From Candidatus Omnitrophota bacterium (lineage in GTDB: Bacteria; Ratteibacteria; UBA8468; MWAK01): DNA of 13,488 bases. Below, piece by piece: positions 1-6,916 of this stretch. Position 1 is the first letter of the stretch. Every line of letters starts with the position of its first letter. Made by a program: the position numbers and the translations under genes. The stretch covers positions 1 through 13,488 of the forward strand of contig JAZDPL010000016.1 in the NCBI GenBank assembly GCA_043797665.1, given 5' to 3'. A model generated the notes under the pieces. The model made no database searches, was not told the DNA's origin, and was given only the letters and a program-made list of their open reading frames with translations.

Positions 1-5
1 TCAAG

Positions 6-55
6 GTAGGGGCTTGATTTATCAAGCCCGCGGGTCGGATAAATCCGACCCCTAC
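6..55. repeat. GTAG-family REP doublet (REPIN/BIME-like, two inverted REP units)
   Basis: + strand 6-29: GTAG-GGGCTTGAT-TT-ATCAAGCCC. - strand 55-32: GTAG-GGGTCGGAT-TT-ATCCGACCC. Each is GTAG followed by a perfect 9-bp hairpin, and the two are 2 nt apart in inverted orientation. Confidence 0.8.
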
Positions 56-84
56 AATTTTGATTGCAAAACAACTCCAAAAGG

Positions 85-134
85 AAACCCTTTCCTCCCC
101 GTGCTGCCGCACGGGGTATCCAGGGTTTATTTTT
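85..134 (+). other. Extended stem-loop directly upstream of the oxidoreductase start (terminator-, attenuator- or element-end-like)
   Basis: Inner stem CCCCGTGC(97-104)/GCACGGGG(109-116) and outer stem AAACCCT(85-91)/AGGGTTT(122-128), followed by ATTTTT. Confidence 0.5.
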
Positions 135-135
135 C

Positions 136-1140
136 ATGAAAAAAATACGGTGGGTGGTATCCGGAGCCGCCGGATTGGCCGGCAGAAAGATTGTTCGGGA
201 CGGTTTAATCCCGGTGCCGAACTGTAAACTGGTCGGTGTCCACAGCCGGGCAGAAGAACACGCCCAAAGGGAAGGCAAACGATACCGCGTACCCTGGTTT
301 ACCTCAGTGGAAGAGATGGTCAAGAAAACCGATTGCGATGCAATCTATATCGCCACGCCCCAGTCTGCCCATTTAGAAGAGGTCAGGATTTCTGTCCAGT
401 ACAAAAAACATATCCTCTGCGAAAAACCTCTGGCAACCAATGTCCAGGAAGCAGAAGAGATATTAAATATCTGCAAAAGAGCCAAGGTACGGTTAGGTGT
501 AAACTTCAATTACCGGTTTCATCCCTTACATCAGAAGATGAAAGAACTGATTCAGAAAGGCGTTATCGGAAAAATCGTCTCCGGACGGTGCCAGTTTGGT
601 CAGGACTATCCGCCGGCTAAAGGAGCCTTCCGCCAGATTACCGGATTAAGCGGCGGCGGAGCCTTTGCGGACACCGGCAACCACGCGGTTGACCTTTTGG
701 AATACCTTATGGACCGCAAGACAAAGGCGGTCTTTGGCATCAAAAAAAATACTATTTACCACTACGAGACCGAGGATACCGGTGCGGCATTACTGGAATT
801 TAGCGAAGGCGGCATCGGCCTCGTAGATGCCTACTTCTGCTGTCCGCTCAATACCCTGCGGAACGACATAGAAATCAACGGTACCAGAGGTACCCTCTAT
901 ACCCGGGGTACGCTCCAGATGGAGACAAAGGGAACCTTAATTTTAAAAAAACAGGGTGAAACCAGAACCTTTGCGTGTCCGAAGGAAGATATGTACAAAA
1001 TTGTTTTCGCAAAATTTGCCGCGGCTATACTGACCGGCAAGGAATTCCCAATTCCGGGAGAAGACGGATTGCACAGCCAGAAGATTATCTCTGCGGTCTA
1101 CCGTTCTTCAGGAACCGGGAGAAAAATAGCCATAGATTAA
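136..1140 (+). CDS. Gfo/Idh/MocA family NAD(P)-dependent oxidoreductase
   Basis: Rossmann-like start KIRWVVSGAAGLAG, plus DAIYIATP, HILCEKPLA and GGGAFADTGNHAVD motifs. ATG at 136 is preferred over TTG at 64 because the extension is hairpin DNA and the Rossmann strand begins right after Met136. Confidence 0.92.
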   Translation: MKKIRWVVSGAAGLAGRKIVRDGLIPVPNCKLVGVHSRAEEHAQREGKRYRVPWFTSVEEMVKKTDCDAIYIATPQSAHLEEVRISVQYKKHILCEKPLATNVQEAEEILNICKRAKVRLGVNFNYRFHPLHQKMKELIQKGVIGKIVSGRCQFGQDYPPAKGAFRQITGLSGGGAFADTGNHAVDLLEYLMDRKTKAVFGIKKNTIYHYETEDTGAALLEFSEGGIGLVDAYFCCPLNTLRNDIEINGTRGTLYTRGTLQMETKGTLILKKQGETRTFACPKEDMYKIVFAKFAAAILTGKEFPIPGEDGLHSQKIISAVYRSSGTGRKIAID

Positions 1141-1234
1141 GCAGGAACCCCTGCCGGAGTCAGAGGAAACCTTCTGGTGGGTGCCGATGAAAGAGGTTTT
1201 TCATTTTGAATGATGAATAATTTGAGGAGATAAT

Positions 1235-3358
1235 ATGAAAACAGATACCAGGAAAAAACGCACCACAGCCGAAAATTCCTGGCTGCACGACCGAAACTTC
1301 AACCTGATTGTCGATTACTACCCGGAAGTATGGTGCCGGCCATACGGGTCCGGCGCTACGCGCGAAAATGTCCTGCCGGTACTGAAAGAACTTGACCTGG
1401 GTTATATTGTCATCTATGCCAAGGGGCACAGCGGCCGGACCACCTTTCGCAGTTCTTTAGGCACCCATCATCCGAATCTGGCACAGGACATGCCGGCATT
1501 CTTCCGCGAAGTCACCCGGGAAGCCGGAACGAAACTCTTTCTCTATTATAGCGGCCTGGTGGACGGCATTGCGGCTCTGCGCCATCCGGACTGGGCGATG
1601 AGGGATAAGGAAGGCAAACTCTCCTGCGACGAAGACCCTTCCCGGGGCCATACCAAATCTACCGGCCATCCTTATCAGCTGTTCTTTATGATGTATCCTG
1701 TCTGTCCGCTCAGCGATTATTTTGACCAATGGCTCTCCGTCCATATCCGGGAAATGATCGAATGCTATGATCCGGACGGAATCTGGGTGGACGGCGACTG
1801 GCCGGGTCCGTGTTATTGCCCGAGGTGTGAAGCGCGTTTCCGTAAAAAAACCGGTTATACCGGAGCGATGCCGGATTACGATTTGAAGACGCCGGAAGGA
1901 ATCGCCTGGCGGCAGACATGGTGTGACATCACCATCGAATGGCGCCAGCGGTTGAGAAACCTGATTAAATCGTTGAAACCAGACTGCCTGTACAGTTCGG
2001 GTAATATCAATCCGCACAGTCGGGCAACACCATCACTTGACTGGCGTTCCGGAGACTTTTTCAATCCGGGCCTGCCCAAAATCATGCAAAGTATTGCCAT
2101 GCGGCGATATACTACCCAGAACGTTCCTTATGACGCCATGATAGTGGATACTGCCTTTGTCCATAGCCGGACCTATATGCGAACACGGGCCAAGACTTTG
2201 CCGCGGATACTGCAGGAAGGCGCCGGGCTGCTTGCCAACGGCGGAGCCTGGGATTACTGGACCTATCCGATGCCCAACGGCGCGCTTATCCCGTCTAAGA
2301 TGCGCAAGGCAAAGATTGCCCGCGAGTTTACCCGGAAACGGGATGATATCTGTCTCCATACGCAAGCGGTTCCCTGGACCACAATAATCGAGATGGACCC
2401 TCACCATGTAATTCCCGGAAATACCAATTCGTGGGGAGCAGCCAAAGCGCTGATTGCCCTGCACCGTTCGCCGGTCCTGATTGATGATACCCAGGTGACC
2501 GAAGATATGTCGTATGACCTGGTGGTCTGCCCGGAACAGGTTACTCTGAACTCAGCCACCGCCAGGAAGTTAGAAACTTTTGTCCGGAATGGTGGAAAAC
2601 TAATCAGTTCCGGAGTCTCCATCCGCTCCCCGGAACTCCAGAAGATTCTCGGCGTGCGGCTGGTCAAAGAAGCCGTCTTAAACGAAGCTCACGTCTTCCT
2701 GAAAGATAAGGAGCCGGCCGGCGTATTTGCCAATTGGGATAAACTGGAACTGAAGGAAGCGAAAGAATTTTTTCCGATATACCGCTCCTGGGACCACGAC
2801 AATATTGATATGCGCCACGTTCCCGACAACTATTCGATGACCGGACTGGTGGACGAAGAAAACCCGGAACCGGCCGGATTCACCGCGGTCACCATCCGAA
2901 AGATGGGCAAAGGAGCGGCGGTCCATATCGGTACCGCGGTCTTCCAGCAGTACTGGCAGTTCGGGTACCCCCAAATTCTACGGTGGGTACAGGAGATTCT
3001 GGAACAATTACAGCCGGCACCGTTATTCAAAACCGATGCGCTCTCTTTTGTCGAAGTGACGTTGCGCCGGAAAGAAGACCGCCTGCTGATTCATCTGGTC
3101 AACGGCAATCCCGGCCGGGACCTCTCGTGGAGCAATGCGGACGATCTATGGGTGGACGATATTCCCCCGGTCGGTCCGATTACCTGTGAAATCCGATGCC
3201 GGCAGAAACCCGGAGAAGTCTTCTGGGAACCAGGCCATACGAAACTGGACTATACGTTCAAAGACGGTATCCTGCGGGTCAGTGTGCCACGCCTGGAAAT
3301 CCACGGGTGTATTGCCGTAACCCCCTGGCTTCATCCCGGATACGGGTCGCATCTATGA
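1235..3358 (+). CDS. Putative glycoside hydrolase, GH151/GHL6 (alpha-L-fucosidase-like) barrel with beta-galactosidase trimerisation-like domain; cytoplasmic
   Basis: IYAKGHSG motif, YDPDGIWVDG (candidate nucleophile Asp), CYCPRC, LETFVRNGGKLISSG and C-terminal LLIHLVN...VSVPRLEIH. SD GAGGAG at 1224-1229. No signal peptide. Confidence 0.75.
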   Translation: MKTDTRKKRTTAENSWLHDRNFNLIVDYYPEVWCRPYGSGATRENVLPVLKELDLGYIVIYAKGHSGRTTFRSSLGTHHPNLAQDMPAFFREVTREAGTKLFLYYSGLVDGIAALRHPDWAMRDKEGKLSCDEDPSRGHTKSTGHPYQLFFMMYPVCPLSDYFDQWLSVHIREMIECYDPDGIWVDGDWPGPCYCPRCEARFRKKTGYTGAMPDYDLKTPEGIAWRQTWCDITIEWRQRLRNLIKSLKPDCLYSSGNINPHSRATPSLDWRSGDFFNPGLPKIMQSIAMRRYTTQNVPYDAMIVDTAFVHSRTYMRTRAKTLPRILQEGAGLLANGGAWDYWTYPMPNGALIPSKMRKAKIAREFTRKRDDICLHTQAVPWTTIIEMDPHHVIPGNTNSWGAAKALIALHRSPVLIDDTQVTEDMSYDLVVCPEQVTLNSATARKLETFVRNGGKLISSGVSIRSPELQKILGVRLVKEAVLNEAHVFLKDKEPAGVFANWDKLELKEAKEFFPIYRSWDHDNIDMRHVPDNYSMTGLVDEENPEPAGFTAVTIRKMGKGAAVHIGTAVFQQYWQFGYPQILRWVQEILEQLQPAPLFKTDALSFVEVTLRRKEDRLLIHLVNGNPGRDLSWSNADDLWVDDIPPVGPITCEIRCRQKPGEVFWEPGHTKLDYTFKDGILRVSVPRLEIHGCIAVTPWLHPGYGSHL

Positions 3359-4092
3359 AGATATTTGATTGCAACTGCAGTTTCGGGAGAGGTAGCCGGA
3401 CGCCGTTCCGGTATGCAGCCACTCCGGCTGAACTGATTGAGGAGATGGATTTCTGCGGAATAGATACGGCGTTGGTCTACCATACCAACCAGCGGTTCGG
3501 TTCACCAGTAATATATAATCTTCAGATAGTGGAAGATATCAAAAAAATTTCCCGGCTGGAACCCTCCTGGACGATACTGCCGTCTCAAACTGGAGAACAA
3601 CCCTCGACCGCTGAATTTCTGAAGTTAATGAAATCTCATAACGTAAAAGCCCTGCGGGCTTTCCCGGATGAACATCACTATCGACTAAACGGATGCGCTT
3701 TCGGTGAACTACTGGAAGCAATTGCGGAAAAGAAAATTCCCCTTTTTGTCAAAGCTAACGCCGTGGTAATTGGTGATTTATTAAAAGAGTTCCCGACCCT
3801 GACCGTAGTCGCAATGAATCAGGGACCGCATAGTTTGGAGAGGTATCTCCGGCCGCTGGCTGAAAAATACCCCCATTTCTATTTGGAAACTTCCGGTTAT
3901 ATCGTGGAGGGCTTGATTGAAGAGTTCTGCCAGCGGTACGGTCCGGAACGACTCCTTTTTGGTTCGGGATTTCCGGACAACTGCAGCGGCGGTGCGCTCC
4001 TCCAACTCATCCAGGCAGAGATACCTGATAAATCTAAAAAAGCGATTGCCGGTGGCAATCTGGAACGCCTGCTCAATGAGGTAAAGATATGA
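3355..4092 (+). CDS. Amidohydrolase_2-family TIM-barrel protein with degenerate metal site
   Basis: ATGA overlap with the upstream stop at 3355-3358. Family motifs IFDCNCSFG, FYLETSG, YGPERLLFGSGFP and AIAGGNLERLL are present, but the His/Asp ligands are substituted. Confidence 0.85.
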   Translation: MKIFDCNCSFGRGSRTPFRYAATPAELIEEMDFCGIDTALVYHTNQRFGSPVIYNLQIVEDIKKISRLEPSWTILPSQTGEQPSTAEFLKLMKSHNVKALRAFPDEHHYRLNGCAFGELLEAIAEKKIPLFVKANAVVIGDLLKEFPTLTVVAMNQGPHSLERYLRPLAEKYPHFYLETSGYIVEGLIEEFCQRYGPERLLFGSGFPDNCSGGALLQLIQAEIPDKSKKAIAGGNLERLLNEVKI

Positions 4093-4958
4093 AGCCGGGG
4101 AATCCTTCCGTTATTGCCCAGGAATACATAAAAAAGGGTGCGTCCCGTACCTGCCCGATTATTGATATGCACGGGCATTTCGGACCGTTTCCGGCCGGTT
4201 ACCTGCCGGCAGCACCGATGAAGAATATGATTCATGCTTTACAGCGGGCCGGGGTCAAAAAGATTGTCTGTTCGTCGCACGAGGCGCTTTTGGGCGACTA
4301 TAAACGCGGAAATCAGGAAATGCAGTCAGTAATAAATAAGTACCCGGAACTTTTGTCAGGCTACTGGGCTATCAACCCGAACCATCAGGGGTCCTGGAAA
4401 CAGGCAGTAACAGATTTCCAGAAAACCAAAGGGGTTGTGGGATTCAAATTCTTGCCGGACTACCACTGTTACACGGTAACCGGAATTAACTACCAGCCAG
4501 CCCTGGAGTACGCTGAGGCTAAGAAATTGCTGGTTCTGGTCCATACCTGGGGCGGAAGCGAATTTGATTCGCCCCGGATGCTGGAAAAGGTGGCGGTGAA
4601 ATATCCCAACGCAACCTTCCTGATGGGACACTCCGGTTACGGTGCCTGGGAGGATTCCGTCAGGATAGCCAGAGACCTGTCCAACGTATATCTGGAACTT
4701 ACCGCGGCCTACGTCTGTCACGACTTTTCCGTCCTGCCCTACGGCAGTGGTACACCGGTACCTTTGGGTTCCTGTCTGCAGGTAAATGGCATCATTGAGT
4801 TTATAGTGAAAAAAGCCGGCTCCAAAAAGATAGTCTTCGGAACCGACCTGCCCTGGTACAGCCCGCATTTTGCTGCCGGCGCAATCCTCTTTGCCCGCAT
4901 TGACGACTCCGATAGGCACGATATTCTGCACCGCAACGCCGAAAGATTACTCCGTTAG
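4089..4958 (+). CDS. Amidohydrolase_2-family metal-dependent hydrolase (intact site)
   Basis: ATGA overlap at 4089-4092. Motifs IIDMHGH, GFKFLP, VLVHTWG, LMGHSG, VFGTDLPW and ILHRNAERLL. Confidence 0.9.
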   Translation: MKPGNPSVIAQEYIKKGASRTCPIIDMHGHFGPFPAGYLPAAPMKNMIHALQRAGVKKIVCSSHEALLGDYKRGNQEMQSVINKYPELLSGYWAINPNHQGSWKQAVTDFQKTKGVVGFKFLPDYHCYTVTGINYQPALEYAEAKKLLVLVHTWGGSEFDSPRMLEKVAVKYPNATFLMGHSGYGAWEDSVRIARDLSNVYLELTAAYVCHDFSVLPYGSGTPVPLGSCLQVNGIIEFIVKKAGSKKIVFGTDLPWYSPHFAAGAILFARIDDSDRHDILHRNAERLLR

Positions 4959-6901
4959 CGGAGTTCTTCCAAGAGACGTGCCAGTAACTTTGGCCATCCG
5001 CTCCATTCCCAGAAACCGGTTTCATTATTTCCCGGCTTGCCTAAAGCCAGTCCGTTGATGACCGCGCATTTCCCTTTACCGTAAGAGCGGACCGTTAAGA
5101 ACGGCTTCTTCTCCTCTCCGGCATAAATCAGAACCTTCGCCCCGTCTTTTGGAAAAACGTCCTGATACCAGAGAACCACGGGTTCGTCCTTCCAGGAGAT
5201 ACCGGAAAAAAGCGATTTATCCTTGGGGGAAGGTGAGAATCCTGGCGTGAGTTTTTCCCAGCGGTTAAATTTCGTCAGGTCGTAATTTCCCTTAAGACTT
5301 ACCGGCAGAATCTCTTCCAGAACCGTATCTTTATAGTCACCGTTCCCTAACGACAAAAAACCTCCGATGACCAGCACTTTTCCGCCCTGTTTCAGATAGT
5401 GCCGCAAGAATAGTTTGCCGTCGTAACTGATTGCTTCCGCCGGAATATTGTTCAGAACGACCAGGTCGTACTGATAGAACTCTTCCGCCGTTCCCGGAAA
5501 GTAACTCAAGGATGAACCGGACAACCCGCCGGAATAGTAGGAACTCTTTACCCGGACGTCAGGGTTCAGGAGCCGGCCGGCCTTCTCCACACCGTAGTAC
5601 TCGTAGTACAACCCTCCCAGTTCTAAAATTTCGGTTATTTTGTCCCTGGTAACGACCTCTCTCTCCGGTAAATTAAAGTCTTTCTCCTTTTTGTCCGGAG
5701 CGACCCGGTAGGAGTTAGGCCCGTAAAAGGCTTTCTCTCCTAATGCCGGGTCATAATAGGTCTCGTATGTCTCCTGCCAGCCTTCTGCGCTGATGGTCAC
5801 CCTGACGACCAGAATGTCATCTTTAGGAACTACGCCCAGAAACGCAGCCTCGGTACTGCCTGGCTCCAGACCTACTTTTTCCAGGGTCTCTTCTTTGCTC
5901 ACCAATATCTTATCCCTGTTAGAGTATTCATAGATTTCGGTCTTGACCTTAACCGGCGGCAGATCTTTTTCCGTAGCGCAGATAGTGTGGCTAACCTTTG
6001 TTTCAATATCCTGCGGCGTAATTACGGTATAGGCAATTACATTTCTAGAAGCGTAACTGTAACCTCCAAAGCCTGAGGTGGGCCGGGTGATTATTTCTGT
6101 CTCCCAGGAACTACCGGGAGAAACACCGGACTGGTCGTAAAACCATTCTATCGTATTGCCGGCAATAGAGTTATGGAACCCGTCCAGGTAATTATAGTCC
6201 GGAAGGAAAACCACCCCCTCGCCTGTTTTGGGGTTGACGTTCCCAATCCAGCCTTTTGCCGGGTCTTTGACAAATTCCTCGCCCTCTTGTTTCTGAGTGA
6301 AGTTAGAGTAGTACCAGGTCCCCTTTCGTAAACCCCGGCTGGATGGTCGGTAACAATAGTTCCCTTCTAAAGAACCCCCCATACCCAGATAAGAATTCCG
6401 GAACCAGTACCGGGGTGATTTGGTCTCACTGGTTTCATTGATAAACCTGACCCGGGTGACAATATAGGGTAAATTATCATTAACCAAAATCGTCTTTTCA
6501 ATCTTTAGACCTCCGATATCCTTATTTTTGTCTTTAACCTTATACCCTAATTTTATAGCCACTCCGTCCGCACCTTCTCTCATAATTACGTAATCATACC
6601 AGGCAAACATACACTCGCCAGGCCAGGGCTGCTGGGCAAAATGGTCGGCAAACAGTCCCATAGAACCCTCCCCCTGGGCCGGCTTAAAAACCCACTGCGT
6701 ACCGGTCTTTTTATAAACAAAATCAGTGACCATACCGCCGTTGGCAGGCGAGACTACAAATCGCATTTGCGGATGGTCCACTGATATCTCTACGTTACCC
6801 TGCGCATCTTTTCGTTCCCGGACAACAGTTGTAGCCTGGAGACAGGAAAAAGCCCGGGTAAAGAGAACCAGTAACAACATAACCTTACCGGTCAGCCGCA
6901 T
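4955..6901 (-). CDS. Secreted multidomain protein: N-terminal galactose-mutarotase-like beta-sandwich and C-terminal GATase1-like domain
   Basis: Signal-peptide-like N-terminus MRLTGKVMLLLVLFTRAFSCLQA and SD GGAGGAG. The N-domain has FVVSPANGGMVTDF and IEKTILV. The C-domain has YDLVVLNNIPA...YLKQGGKVLVIGGFLSLGNGDYKDTVLEEILPV. Its stop overlaps the convergent gene's stop (TTAG 4955-4958). Confidence 0.7.
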   Translation of the reverse strand: MRLTGKVMLLLVLFTRAFSCLQATTVVRERKDAQGNVEISVDHPQMRFVVSPANGGMVTDFVYKKTGTQWVFKPAQGEGSMGLFADHFAQQPWPGECMFAWYDYVIMREGADGVAIKLGYKVKDKNKDIGGLKIEKTILVNDNLPYIVTRVRFINETSETKSPRYWFRNSYLGMGGSLEGNYCYRPSSRGLRKGTWYYSNFTQKQEGEEFVKDPAKGWIGNVNPKTGEGVVFLPDYNYLDGFHNSIAGNTIEWFYDQSGVSPGSSWETEIITRPTSGFGGYSYASRNVIAYTVITPQDIETKVSHTICATEKDLPPVKVKTEIYEYSNRDKILVSKEETLEKVGLEPGSTEAAFLGVVPKDDILVVRVTISAEGWQETYETYYDPALGEKAFYGPNSYRVAPDKKEKDFNLPEREVVTRDKITEILELGGLYYEYYGVEKAGRLLNPDVRVKSSYYSGGLSGSSLSYFPGTAEEFYQYDLVVLNNIPAEAISYDGKLFLRHYLKQGGKVLVIGGFLSLGNGDYKDTVLEEILPVSLKGNYDLTKFNRWEKLTPGFSPSPKDKSLFSGISWKDEPVVLWYQDVFPKDGAKVLIYAGEEKKPFLTVRSYGKGKCAVINGLALGKPGNNETGFWEWSGWPKLLARLLEELR

Positions 6902-6916
6902 ATCTCCTCCGCAATG

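Noticed and set aside
64..135. N-terminal extension of the oxidoreductase from TTG 64
   Set aside because: It runs through hairpin DNA, and the family fold starts at Met136.
1141..1234. Three small hairpins in the intergenic region as a possible riboswitch
   Set aside because: The stems are only 5-6 bp and I recognise no riboswitch consensus. An Rfam scan would settle it.
3196..3354. Longer start for amidohydrolase 1
   Set aside because: It would overlap the GH gene by about 160 nt. The ATGA-coupled start at 3355 matches the fold start.
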